Assembly (NCBI RefSeq): GCF_018977255.1
Contig: NW_024704749.1
Span: 12,896,001-12,960,000, forward strand
Direction of reading: 5' to 3'
Origin: Callorhinchus milii
Lineage: Eukaryota
Length of the DNA stretch: 64,000 bases
Part shown: piece by piece, positions 42,718 to 55,198 of the stretch
How positions within the stretch are numbered: position 1 is the stretch's first letter
Layout of the letters: every line of letters begins with the position of its first letter
Program-made: the position numbers and the translations under genes
Notes under the pieces: model-generated
Seen by the model: the letters and a program-made list of their open reading frames with translations, nothing else
Databases searched by the model: none
What the model was told of the DNA's origin: nothing

Positions 42718-44005
42718 CTGTTACACAATTAATATTTTTTAAAAATTGGAAACAAATACAAATAGGTTACCCTGTTAGAATTGCTGATACTTTATTCCCA
42801 GCCGTGCAAACAAAAGTGCTCATTTTTATTCTTAAAAACATCATATAAATTTGTTGTAACATTTTTTGTGGCGTTCCTCTTAAACTAGAGCCTTATGATA
42901 AACATTTTCACTTCCAATGTCCAATAAAGGAAAACATGGCTCCATAAACATACACAGCAAAGAAACAAGATAGCAGTAACAAAGAAATTACAGGTCATCT
43001 CAAACCCAATTGGTGTTATCCCATTGCATTGCTGTCGCTGTGAAATTAAAAACACAGAAAGTGAAATACCACACCAGAAAGTTAAATCCTTCTTAATTAA
43101 GTTATATTTCTAATTCACTGGGATTTCCAGTGTCTAATGTCTGGTAGGTAACAAGGACAGATGTGTAAGTACTAGCTCTGACTGATGAAGTTTTTATTCT
43201 CTGTATGCAGAGCTGTCAGAGATAAAATAAAATTGCCAAGTTTCAAAAATAATTAGTATTAATGTTATTTAAACCTTTTATTTTAATTTAGTTGAACAAT
43301 TATGGTATATTGCAAAATGCTATTATCAGTTTAATCTACAGGAAACTCTGAGGTGACACTGGGCCACCCAACTTTGTACATCTCCAGCTCATGCTCTGAC
43401 ATGCTGAAACAGTTACTGTAATTATCAGGAACTTCATCAACCCAAATAACAAATTTACATTTATTTAGTGCCTTCCATGCTGGGAGGACATCCCAAGCAC
43501 TAATATACTAGGATAAACCAGACTCTTTCTGTCCTCTCCTTTCGCCTTATAGATGTTCTCTTCGTTAATGTCTTTTTTAAAAAAAATCAATGCAGTTTTC
43601 CTCTTTTAGGTTTGTTCTTTATTATGTGTATGGCTCCTAGCTATGCCAGCAGCACTCAAGATTTGTATAATTTAGTTTAAATTTATTTAAAGGAATAGGT
43701 TGCAAATTCTTGTAATATATATTCAAAATGAGGTATAGGAAGCAAGATCTCGTTAAAAGCATATCACGTCAACTTGCACATGTACAGTTGCTTTAATACT
43801 GGGAACAAGTATGAGTATTCTTAATTGAAATACAAGCGACATGGATAAAATTCTGGTATTTAATTATGGACTTTATAACAAAAAAAACTTGCATATATAT
43901 AGCTCCCTTCACATAGGATAATATCTCAGAGCGCTTCACAGGGACAGGGTTGGATACCGAGAAGGGGTGGGGGGGTGGGAGGGAGAGACTGCAGTTCAAA
44001 CAAAC

Positions 44006-44180
44006 CTGCCGTGTGCTTTGCTTTGCTGTCTTGGTTAGAGTTTGTGGTCAATCCAGAAGCTGAAAAGCTTGTGGGTCCCGCCGCTGATGAACAAACGTTC
44101 TTCTTCACTTTGGTATTATTGTTTACTGTTAGTCCGCCAGCCGTGCCAGCCAACAGATCATCATTGCTCCTGCTCTTGGT
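44006..44180 (-). CDS. SPECC1L: SPECC1L coding exon 2: TKSRSNDDLLAGTAGGLTVNNNTKVKKNVCSSAAG...KAKHTA(G)
   Basis: 175 bp, phase 0-1. DDLLAG-AGG motif as in cytospin-A. Confidence 0.92.
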
Positions 44181-44399
44181 CTATTTGGGGAAAACACAGG
44201 ACAAACAATCAGTATAGCGTACCACAGCACATTGATAATTCCATTTATTTCCCTCAGAACATTTTAGAAATTATGACAGAGCAACAAAGGAAACACCAAT
44301 CACAGTAACAAATTATAATCGGGGTGTATTTTATCCCCTTCAAATGATACCCTGACTGCAACATTCTTTACAAGCATCCTGAGCTGCAGAAAACTGAGA

Positions 44400-45180
44400 A
44401 ACAACAACAACAACAACAAGATTCCATTTATAAAGCGCCTTTCACGTCAGGGGGACGTCCCAAGGCACTGCACAGTTGGGTCAGGACCCGAGCAGGGGGA
44501 AATGGTCAGGGTGAGGGGAGGGAAGGGAGGGAGCGAGGAGGGGGGAAATGGTCAGGGTGAGGGGAGGGAAAGGAGGGAGCGAGGAGGGGGAAGAGAGTCG
44601 AGAGGGGAGCTGAAGGCTCGGTCAAAGAGAAAGGTTTTGAGACCGGCCTTGAAGGAGGAAAGGGAGGAGGAAAGGCGAAGGCACTGGGGGATGGAGTTCC
44701 AGAGCCTCGGGGCTGAGAGGCTGAAGGCCCGACCACCGATGGTAGGGCGATTGGGGCGGGGGACGTGGAACAGACCGGAGCCGGAGGAACGGAGGGTACG
44801 GGCAGGTAGGTAGGGGGATAGTAGGTCGGAGAGGTAGGAGGGAGCGAGGCCGTGGATGGCCTTATAGGTGAGGATGAGGATCTTGAAATCAATCCTCTGG
44901 GGGATGGGGAGCAGTGGAGCCGAGCGAGGGTGAGGGCGAGGGTGAGGGTGGGAGTGATGTGGTCGCGGTGTCTGGTGCGGGACAGTACATGAGCTGCAGA
45001 GTTCTGAATGACCTGCAGTGTGGAGGGAGGTGGCGGGAAGGCCGGCGAGGAGAGAGTTCCCATAGTCCAGCCTTGAGGTGACAAAGGCGTGAACCAGGGT
45101 TTCAGCCGCGTGAGGGGTGAGGTAGTGCCGTAGTCTGGCGATGGAAGGCGGTGCCAGTTGTGGTGCGGATGTGAGGGAGA
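44400..45180 (-). mobile_element. L2 3' fragment (young, longest copy in the window)
   Basis: Near-identical to the 11777 copy and extends further 5'. Confidence 0.93.
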
Positions 45181-45776
45181 AATTATGCTATTGGTTAGAA
45201 AATCTGCATTCCAACTGGAAGTACTTTTAAAATAACTTCTCCATTGAAGGAAATAGTTGTCAGTCACTGGCAGACACTAGAGCAAGCATTTCTTGTTGTC
45301 TGAAATGTTGTAAAATTACATTACCGTAAAACTGCGATACTTCCTGTTAGGATATTGTTAGGATATTGGTAAAAACGTTGGGAATTTCCACTGGTTCCTC
45401 ATGCCACTTAGCTTTACCTACAGCACTGAACAAACATTGCCAAAAATCAAACTGCAGAACAAACTCTCATGCAAATGAGCTGAAAATCTTAAACAAATGA
45501 AGGATATAGTGGTGGCACTGCACTGTTAATATAAGACATCACAGAGATCAGCAACACAGGCTCAGACTCAAACTCAGCACAGTTCATGGAATCACCCGTG
45601 GAGGCTGGCCAGCATCTCCCCCAAATGAGGAGGGAAATAAAACCAAACCCAACTCTATCAGCTTAGCATTACGCACAGAATGGCAAGGATGTGGAACTTG
45701 GTGGTGAAAGTTATGGTTGAAACAGAAAACATCAACAAATGTAAGGGGAAACTTGATATATTTATGAGGGAAAAGA

Positions 45777-46485
45777 TAATAATAATAAACCTTGCATTTG
45801 ATAAGGTGCCTGATCACGTCTCTGAGATGTCTCAAAGCGTTTCACAAAATAAGCAATACAAAATGACATTGTAAAGCTCCTTTCATGTCAGGAGGATGTC
45901 CCAAGGTGCTGAACAGTCAGGGATTAGGACCCGAGCAGGGAGTGGGGCGCGGATCAGACAGGGTGGAGGGCAGGGAAGGTTGGAAGGTGGCCGAAGAGGA
46001 AGGACTTGAGGCGGGCCTTGAATCAGGCAAGGGAGGGAGCGAGTCAAATGAACTTTGGGATAGAGTTCCAGAGGTTGGGGGCAGAGAGGTTGAAGGCCCG
46101 GCCACAGATGGAGTGGGCTGGGGGTCGGTCATGGAGCCCGCTGAGTGGAGGGAGCGGACAGGTTGATAAGAGGTTAGCAGGTTGGAGACGTAGTAGGGGG
46201 CAAGACCATGAAGGACTTTGAAGTAAGGACCAGGATCTTGAACTCTGTGTGATGGGAAGCCAGTGGAGTCGGGCAAGGATGGGGGTGATAGGGTCATGGA
46301 GCCTAGTGCAGGAGAGGACATGAGTTGCAGAGTTCTGGATGATCTGAAGCCTATGGAGGGAGGAGTTGGGGAGGCCGACAAGCAGGGCGTTGCATTGTCA
46401 AGCCTGGATTTTGTGGGCAAAACACAGCAATCAATTGTGCACAGCAGTGTCCCACAAACATTTGTGGATTGAAGTGACCAATTCA
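45777..46485 (-). mobile_element. Older L2 fragment (about 45850-46408) nested within a SINE (45777-45850 and 46409-46485)
   Basis: SINE tail on the left, L2 body (FKVLHGLAPYYVSNLL) in the middle, SINE body resumes at tttgtgggcaaaacacagc. Confidence 0.8.
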
Positions 46486-46535
46486 ATATTAAATTAGATG
46501 GGTATAGGAGAGGGGTGGTGCAAATATAACATAAC

Positions 46536-46682
46536 CTTAGTTAATGCTGCTGTGATCCCTGTCGTTTTTGAAGTCTTGGTGGCTGAAGTTACCGAACAGT
46601 TGTCTGATTTGCCCTTCTCAGTGGTCGGCAGTTTACACTGTAGTTTGGATGCTGCAGTAGCAGACCTGCTTGCCTTCTTCAT
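46536..46682 (-). CDS. SPECC1L: SPECC1L coding exon 1: MKKASRSATAASKLQCKLPTTEKGKSDNCSVTSATKTSKTTGITAALTK (exon begins at 46719 with 37 nt of 5' UTR)
   Basis: MKKASRS N-terminus typical of SPECC1L, A at -3 of the ATG, ttttcAG acceptor at 46720-46721, GTTAT donor, phase 0. Confidence 0.93.
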
Positions 46683-47325
46683 CCTGTGCTCGCTGTCTGG
46701 GATGCATTTACAGCTGAATCTGAAAAATACATCTGTAGGTTAAGGGACAAAGCAGGGAACATACCAACATTTGTCAAAAAAAACAAATAAGCTAATTTCA
46801 AGGTCAAACTGTTATGTTTATGTAAAGATTATAATGTATTATTTACAAGTGAGAGTCAAATGTTCCTCCTCTGCCCATACAGATCAGAAAGTCATATGAT
46901 CTAATCTCCCAAACACCTGTCACCAGCTGAGCCAGACTGACACCCCGAAACTCAACTATAAGCATCAAATATCTATTCTCTGTCAAATATCGCCAGAAAG
47001 GTTCAGATAGAAGAAACTCATTCAGTCCAGAATGGCAACCTTTCCATTAAAACATCAAGTAATAATGAGATATTTGCAGACTTAACAGATACAAAACCAA
47101 TCATGATAACGTCTCAAAGCACTTGACAACAATAAAGCCTTTGATATTCAGTGAGTGCTATTTAGGCGGATTATAATTTTGATAAAAGCTTCTTATTAAG
47201 TAAACAAAGTCGCTAATGTCCATCCCGGATCTCACCAAAGTTGAACCTTTTTCTATAAATTCCAAAGATCATGAAAGTCCAACAATTAATGTTTCCAAAC
47301 AGATCCGAGTCCAGAGCTCAGGCCC

Positions 47326-47990
47326 GTCTCAGTAACCGCACTGCCCGGGTCTCAGTAACCGCACTGCCCGGGTCTCAGTAACCGCACTGCCCGGGTCTCA
47401 GTAACCGCACTGCCCGGGTCTCAGTAACCGCACGGCCCGGGTCTCAGTAACCGCACGGCCCGGGTCTCAGTAACCGCACGGCCCGGGTCTCAGTAACCGC
47501 ACTGCCCGGGTCTCAGTAACCGCACTGCCCGGGTCTCAGTAACCGCACTGCCCGGGTCTCAGTAACCGCACTGCCCGGGTCTCAGTAACCGCACGGCCCG
47601 GGTCTCAGTAACCGCACTGCCCGGGTCTCAGTAACCGCACTGCCCGGGTCTCAGTAACCGCACGGCCCGGGTCTCAGTAACCGCACTGCCCGGGTCTCAG
47701 TAACCGCACTGCCCGGGTCTCAGTAACCGCACGGCCCGGGTCTCAGTAACCGCACGGCCCGGGTCTCAGTAACCGCACGGCCCGGGTCTCACTAACCGCA
47801 CTGCCCGGGTCTCAGTAACCGCACTGCCCGGGTCTCACTAACCGCACGGCCCGGGTCTCACTAACCGCACGGCCCGGGTCTCAGTAACCGCACTGCCCGG
47901 GTCTCAGTAACCGCACGGCCCGGGTCTCAGTAACCGCACTGCCCGGGTCTCAGTAACCGCACTGCCCGGGTCTCAGTAACCGCACGGCCC
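47326..47990. repeat. GC/CpG-rich 23-bp minisatellite (gtctcagtaaccgcac[t/g]gcccgg) x about 29
   Basis: Head-to-tail units with two variable positions and no spacers. Confidence 0.97.
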
Positions 47991-48103
47991 CCCCCGGGCC
48001 GGGGAGACACGGTTGTTGTTTCAGAATCAAAAACCCCGAAAAAAGAGCAAAATTATTTAAAGTTTGACTTTCCCGGAACCGCATCCCCGAGAACCCGAGA
48101 CCA

Positions 48104-48335
48104 CCCCCCAACCCCAACACCGCCCCCAACCCCGACCCCAACACCGCCCCCAACCCCGACCCCAACACCGCCCCCAACCCCGACCCCAACACCGCCCCCA
48201 ACCCCGACCCCAACACCCCCCCCCCCCCCGACCCAACACCGCCCCAACCCCGACCCCAACACCGCCCCCGAACCCAACCCCCGACCCGAGGCCGCCCCCA
48301 ACACCGCCCGCCGGCCCCAACCCCCGGCCCCAACA
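48104..48335. repeat. C-rich 24-bp repeat (ccccaacaccgcccccaaccccga), G-quadruplex-prone on the minus strand
   Basis: Several tandem copies decaying rightwards, with many G4-5 runs on the transcribed-sense strand. Confidence 0.9.
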
Positions 48336-48612
48336 GCCGCCCTCCGGCCGCAGCGGCCGCCCCCCCGACCCCATCTACACCCCCGACCTCGGTTACAACC
48401 CCGACCCCCGGCTCTGCGGCTGCTCCCGGTACCTGGTCTGGCGGTTGGTTGGCGGTTAGTTGACGGTTGGCGGTTGTCGGGCTCGCGGCGGCGGCCACAG
48501 GCGTGTATCTGAGCATGCGCGCAGCTACTACGTCATCGTGCAAGCGATGCGCTGTGTGAAGCCCCGCCCCCCGGGCGGCTCTGAGCTGTGCCAGTGACCA
48601 CAGGCGCCCCAG
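48300..48612 (-). promoter_or_regulatory. CpG-island promoter of SPECC1L
   Basis: Dense CpG, NRF1-like gcatgcgcgca (48513-48523), CRE/ATF-like tacgtca (48529-48535), GC box gccccgcccc (48561-48570), no TATA box. Confidence 0.75.
48433..48510 (-). other. SPECC1L: Probable non-coding first exon of SPECC1L
   Basis: CAG|GTACCG donor at 48431-48432 inside the CpG island, directly downstream of promoter motifs. The TSS is approximate. Confidence 0.6.
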
Positions 48613-48615
48613 TGT

Positions 48616-49746
48616 GAGTGCACACTCACTCACTGCACTCACACACACTGCTCACACACTGCACTCACACACTGTGCACATTCACTGCACACACTCACAC
48701 ACTGTGCAGTCACTGCACACACACTGCACTCACTCACACTGCACTCACACACTGCACACTCACACTGCACCACACACTGCACTCACTCACACTGCACTCA
48801 CACACTGTGCACTCACACTGTGCACACTCACACTGCACTCACTGCACTCACACACACTGCACTCTGCACACACACACTGCACTCGTTCACTGTGCGCTCA
48901 CTGTGCACTCACACACACTACACTCACTGCACTCACACACTGCACTCACTGTGCACACACACACACTGCACTCACACCACACACACTGCACACACACTCA
49001 CAGGACTCACACTCACTGCACACACACACACTGCACTCACACTGTGCACACACCACTCACACTCACAGCACTCACTCACACTGTGCACACACACTACACT
49101 CACACACTGCACGCACACACACACACACACAGCACTCACTGTGCACCCACACACTCACTACACACACACACGACTCACTGTGCACACACACACCACTCAT
49201 TGTGCACTCACACACACTGCACTCACTACACACACACTGCACTCACTGTACACACACACTCACAGTGCACACTCACATACACTTCACTCACACACACAAA
49301 CTGCACACACACACTGCACTCACATTGTGCACTCACAGTGCACTCACTCACACACTGTGCACTCACACTGCACACTCTCACACTGCACTCACACTGCGCA
49401 CTCACACACACACTGCACTCACACACTGCACTCACACACTGCACTCGCTCACTGTGCACTCACTGCACACACACATACTGCACACTCACACACACTACAC
49501 TCACACTGATTGCACTCACACACACATTGCACTCACACTGCACTCACTGACTGCACTCACACCACACACACTCACAGGACTCACACTCACTGTGCACACA
49601 CACACTGCACTCACTGTGCACACACTACACTCACAGCACTCACTCACACACTGCACACACACACAGCACTCACTGTGCACCCACACACTCACTACACACA
49701 CACACTGGACTCACTGTGCACACACACACCACTCATTGTGCACACT
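48616..49746. repeat. About 1.13-kb CA-rich complex microsatellite (cacact/ctgcac/ctcaca)
   Basis: Low-complexity tract with an internal higher-order duplication (about 48975-49210 vs 49560-49745). Confidence 0.97.
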
Positions 49747-49786
49747 CTTGGACCAAATCAACTTATGTAACTAAACATATTGTAGT

Positions 49787-50260
49787 TACAACAACAAGAT
49801 TTCATTTATAGAGCGCCTTTCACGTCGGGAGGACGTCCCAAAGCGCTGGACAGTTGGGTCAGGACCCGAGCATTGGGGGGAAATGGTTAGGGGGAGGGAA
49901 GGGAAGGGAGGGAGCGAGGAGGGGGGAAATGGTCAGGGTGAGGGGAGGGAAGGAAGGGAGCGAGGAGGGGGTAGAGAGTCGAGAGGGGAGCTGAAGGCTG
50001 AAGGTCAAAGAGAAAGATCTTGAGACCGGCCTTGAAGGAGAGGGAGGAAGTGGTGAAGGCACTGGGGATGGAGTTCCAGAGCCTCGGGGCTGAGAGGCTG
50101 AAGGCCCACCCGATGTAGGGCGGTTGGGGCGGGGGACGTGGAGCAGACCGGAGCCAGAGGAACGGAGGGTACGGGCGGGTAGATAGGGGGATAGTAGGTC
50201 GGAGAGGTAGGAGGGAGCGAGGCCGTGAATGGCCTTGTAGGTGAGGATGAGGATCTTGAA
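49787..50260 (-). mobile_element. L2 3' fragment (intergenic)
   Basis: Same family as the 11777 copy. Confidence 0.92.
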
Positions 50261-50560
50261 TTTGAACTTAGCTCAAAGGATGAGAAGTGATTCTCATTGA
50301 TCAACTATTGTGTACGGAGAGGAAAAGTGGTCCAGGTCATTCACTTACACCCACATTCAGCTCAGATTGTGCTCAGTATCCAGTCTTCTCTCAAACTGAT
50401 GGAACATTTCTGCGACACTCAACAACAAGTACATCGTGTATTTATATAACTCTCCTTGTCCAGGATAGCATCCCAGAGCACTCGCCTGCAAAGTAAAGAA
50501 TGCCTCAGCTAAACAACGATTGCCACAAAACGAAGGCCAGAAATGTATAGATACAGGAAT

Positions 50561-50566
50561 TTTATT
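50561..50566 (-). terminator. Candidate distal poly(A) signal of BCR
   Basis: AATAAA on the minus strand, preceded by TGTA elements and followed by a GU-rich tract (ttcgttttgtgg...cgttgttt). Alternatives at about 52523 and 52691. Confidence 0.5.
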
Positions 50567-53500
50567 TAACATTTTGTGTACAAACAGAGGCTACAAATGC
50601 CTAAGGAAAATCTTCAAATATGCATCATATGCATCCCTTTTATGCCTAACTACCCTTTGAAAGTGAAAGAACTAAATTAACAGTTATACAAAAAACAAAA
50701 ATGAAAACCTGATTCCTTTCTCCTCCTGAACTGGTGGTATTTCTTGTACAGAACAGTCCTTCCTGTCAGATGGTTTCTGTAATATAAGGAATCAAGTACT
50801 GTACATGAAACAATGAGTAGCCAGTCAGTAATAGTACTGCAGGGTGCATCAACTCCAGTGGAACAGGTCTACCAAACTTCATTGCAACATCAATTCAGCT
50901 GAAAATTCCTAATTGTAAGGAAGAAATGCTTCTACACATGATTATTCATATAATTTAATCCTGATTAGTTCAATAAATAACTCTAACCCATATCCCTGGA
51001 ATGCGCAAGTATCTTAACTACAGTACATCAAGAACAGGTTACAAAGGGTTTACAGTCATTTAGAAGAGGGAATTATCACGTCTTTAACTATAACATTATA
51101 ATACAATATTTTAGAAGATCCTTGATTGCTCATTATAATACTTACATTATTGAGCAACTGTTTCAATTCAGAGCTCAACAACAATTTCATATCAAATACT
51201 CAGCACGTGACAGTAGATCATAACAGCATGATAAGTTTTAATTATTTTAATTGAAAAATCTGGAAATATGAGGTGATTTTTTAACTCTGAAGCACTTACA
51301 TCTGGAGATCACTGAGATTTTTTAAAGCATGCTGCAGACACTATTGTTTAGTTGTGAGTGCAGTCAGCTCAGACATTTGCATGAAATATAGAGAATACTT
51401 TTACCGCAACCTCAAAGGTGATTTGATTTAGCTTGATCCCAATAATACTAACTCTGACTCTTACAGCATTGGTGAAAAAAACATGCCAGATACTGCTCAG
51501 TAAATGTTTAAAGACATAATGAGCCTTTAGTTTCTTCCAATGAATTTAAACCTACTGGGACCTGTAGTCAAAACTATGCCAAGTTCAATTAATATTGAAT
51601 CCCTCAGCAAACAAAGATAAATTATTTCTTCTCATCACTCTGGGCTGGAGTGATATTCAGGTGAGGAGTGTGCCATATTATACGAATGCAATTTTTTTGC
51701 TTTAAAAATCTGTTCCTCAAAATGTACATTAGAAAGATTGCAATAACTTTACAAATGCAATAGCTTTACAATGACATTTTTAACAATGTTAATGCAGAAC
51801 TGTTAAATCAATCTATTTAATTCAAGCCTCTATTTTGCTTGAAAGACATTAGCCCTGATTGTTTTCCTTTTATTGGTGCAAAAGCTAGACACAAATGCTG
51901 CACAGTTGGGCACTTTCTTCATTGTCACTATTCAAACAAGAATTCTTCCAGTTTACAAAATGCAGAGAAGTGGCTGATGCAGGAAAATCTCTGCTTCATC
52001 TGTCATTTTGTGCTCATGGGGGCCATCTGGATGCAGTCTCCTCACCTAAAGGGCACCAATTCTTATTTTAATTTTAGCAGAAAATTTTTATACTCTCGTC
52101 TCAGTATAATTCTTTGTGCTTTTTAAAGCAATTGTGAAGCTGATGCTGGACCTTTTGATGACTGTGAACACAAAAGTATCAAGATGGAAGTCAATGTTTT
52201 TGTCACAAAGCTCTCTGTTATTCAGCCACAGCACAGCTCCTGTGGCTCTGGTGTTGGCAGAGAGGGTAAACATTCCTTGGACTTTACTGCAGACGTAAAA
52301 TCTGTTTGTGTAATAGGGGAAATACCATTGAACTGGAGGTGTATACTGTTCATCCGAGTGGACCAAAGAGGCATCAATGTTCCAAATGGCTAAACTCTCT
52401 CAGCTAAAGGAATGATCATAGTAAAGCAATGGTTACAGACAAAATCAAATCGTGAGGCTTTAACTAAGTCTATTACGAGAATCATTTGTTTACACCTTAT
52501 CAAGGTTGCTCAATGAAAATATTTTATTGATGCAACTAAATTGTAATGGTGTAAAGTGTGGAATGCAGATATTCCCAGGAAACTCAGAACCAAAAGATGA
52601 AACCAATGTTGCTTTTGTTTTAATCAGAGCATCGTCACCTGTTAAATAGAGGAAGGTCCGCTCAATCCATCACTGATGTGGCACAAATACTTTATTGCAC
52701 ATGTTGTATCGCTGAGCCACTCACATGCTTGGCTTGGGCTGAGTTAGTTGATCTCAGACCAGGATTTAATAAAGGAGCTATAGCTATCCTTGGTGCCTTT
52801 GGACTGATATTTCTGATAGTCATCCAGTGAGCCTTTTGCTGGACAATGTATTGTTAGGATATGAAATGAGGACCAGATTGGGCTCGATTTTAATGAATCC
52901 GACTCACTGCCAACTCCTCAGAAACAACATTACATTTGTATAGAGCCTTTCACGTCGGGAGGACGTCCCAAGGCGCTGGACAGAGTACAGCATTTCAGAA
53001 ACCAAGCACGATACACTGCTTTCAGGAGGGCACAAGACTATGCAACGAAAACATACCATTAAAAACTGAAAACTAAAGAACTGATTTAAGGATGTTTGTG
53101 AGACAGAACAAGTGTTTCCTGAAACATGCACCTTCCTGCCCGTTCCATAAACGGAGTCTGTTCCAGAAACCAAATCTGCCTCAGAACGTCTTCATTGTGG
53201 TAATTGAGCCCCTTTACTGTGAATATAACAAGTAAAGTACGACTCGAACATTAACTCAGAAAACAGACAACTTATTCAATCAGTTAAAGAATGAAAAAAC
53301 AGCATTAGGATGAAGGCCTCCTGCAAACTAGGATCATTCAGAGAAAGTGTCCAGAATAAGGCGGAGTTGCTGGCCAGCATAAGCTGGGAATGTATTACAG
53401 AAACCAGCACTTGAGCATCGCTGGTCTCCAGGACCTGAATCAGCTTCTCATTCAGGTACTTTGTGCCAATTTAGATTTGTGCCGTTGGTATCGATCTTTA

Positions 53501-54436
53501 TACTGGGGCCATGGTTATTGTGAGAAAACAGTGAAGTAGATTTCCACTTCTGTTGCTACACCCATCAAACATTCTGACAAAGATAATGTTCTACAACCCA
53601 GCCCAAATTATCCAGCTTTGGGGAAAACAAAACATAAAGAAGTTAATATATGGACTTTTAATATTACGTAAAATTTTAAATCAACATGCCTGCATGTTAA
53701 ATAATGTTACTAAAATTGGATGGATTGTACTAATATGGCAATAAATCTGTCAATTGAACAAGCAAACAGTGACGGTGACTACTCAATATTCTGCTTTTAA
53801 CAATATCTACTATAGAAATAAAAAGGACAGCAAAGCAATTGGCACAGTCATGTATTGCTTGTGCACTTGCACCTGGTTGTAGCCTCTACAAAACAGAACA
53901 TACTGAATGCATAGACTTGCGAAACTAGTTATCAAGTGCCGTTATGTAGGTAAAATAATTTTTTTAAAAAAATTATAACTTAAATCAAACTTTATATATA
54001 AAAAAAATCTGAGTTAATACAAGCAAAGGATGCACTAATGCAACACATCGGAAAACATTATTTCCAGAAGCTTCTGGCAGAGCTTTAAATATAAAACGTT
54101 ATTTCCATTGTCATGGTGTATTTGGGTCTCTGTGCTTCGGCTTACCCCATTTACATCCATAATTGTTTATTATGGATATCAAACTTGATAGAAATCAGTC
54201 TTATGTTCCTATACACAGAATGCCAAAAACTAAAACTCTAAACTATCCATCTCCTTCATACACTAGTAAACCTTTAAGAATTGTAACTTTCCATACTGAA
54301 ACACACAGGAAGATGCCAGGTCACAGATGGAGGTTGATGCCTTTGTGTGAAAATGCTAGTGTTTGTGGCTCCCATGTGAATATCCGGTGGTAAATGAAGC
54401 CTTGGTTGGTGCTACAACAATGCTCACGATGGCTGC

Positions 54437-54526
54437 TTAAACCTCCGTGGAGAAGAGGATGCTCTGGCGCTTGCTGTCTGGGGTAGGGATGGTCTCCAGT
54501 TGCAGGAAATAGAGCAGCACTTGCAC
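54437..54526 (-). CDS. BCR: BCR last exon: VQVLLYFLQLETIPTPDSKRQSILFSTEV*
   Basis: Phase 0, TAA at 54437-54439. The KRQSILFSTEV terminus matches BCR rather than ABR and ends in a class I PDZ-binding motif. Confidence 0.96.
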   Translation of the reverse strand: MQVLLYFLQLETIPTPDSKRQSILFSTEV

Positions 54527-54884
54527 CTGGATAGAACATGAGGCCCATTAGTCTTATACTAATTCAATATAGACCAGTGATTGACTGTTAATTTTATTTA
54601 AAAAGCAAATTAAAAGAAAGTTAAAGTTTTCTAATTCCTGATTAGGAGCAGTCTGCTCCTGGGCCTTTCACTGTATAGGAACACGTTAAACATGCTATTG
54701 TTTCCCCTGAACATTCATACGTGTTAAAATGAGCCATGAGGGAGCACCATTACTGCTCCATGTTTGCTAAATGGATCAGTCGCTTCCCTCATACACATTC
54801 ACATGGTTCAGTTAACCCCATGGCAATAGTAAACCAGGCCTTCTCTCGCGGGCTCAACTTCTGCAGGAATCAGTGATACTGACA

Positions 54885-55198
54885 TGGAGTCCTGTAGCTC
54901 AGCGGATAGAGCACTTGCCTCACAAGCGAGACACCTGGGTTTGATTCCCGGCAGGGAGAAACCTTGGGCAAGTTTCCTTACTCCACACACCTAATAATAA
55001 TCCCCCAAGAAAACAAAACAATAATAAATTGGTCACTTCAATTCACGACTGTTTGTGGGACGCTGCTGTGCACAAGTGGCTGGTGTGTTTCTCCCACAAA
55101 TATACAGTCAATTCACTTTACAGTATATTGTGTGAAGGACTTTGAGACGTCTCGAAGACGTGAAAAGTGCTATATCAAATGCAAGGTTTATTATTATA
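54885..55198 (+). mobile_element. tRNA-derived SINE in the last BCR intron
   Basis: Same family head and tail. Confidence 0.88.

Noticed and set aside
41375-42848. Plus-strand ORFs overlapping the big SPECC1L exon
   Set aside because: They are antisense shadows of a coding exon.
47326-47990. CRISPR-like array
   Set aside because: The units are contiguous with no unique spacers, there are no cas genes, and the context is a vertebrate intron. It is a minisatellite.
47950-48648. Gly-rich and Pro-rich ORFs over the CpG island
   Set aside because: They derive from the 24-bp repeat and high GC content, with no recognisable domain.
48614-49774. His/Thr-rich ORFs of 229-386 aa
   Set aside because: They are artefacts of a stop-free CA-rich repeat that is open in several frames.
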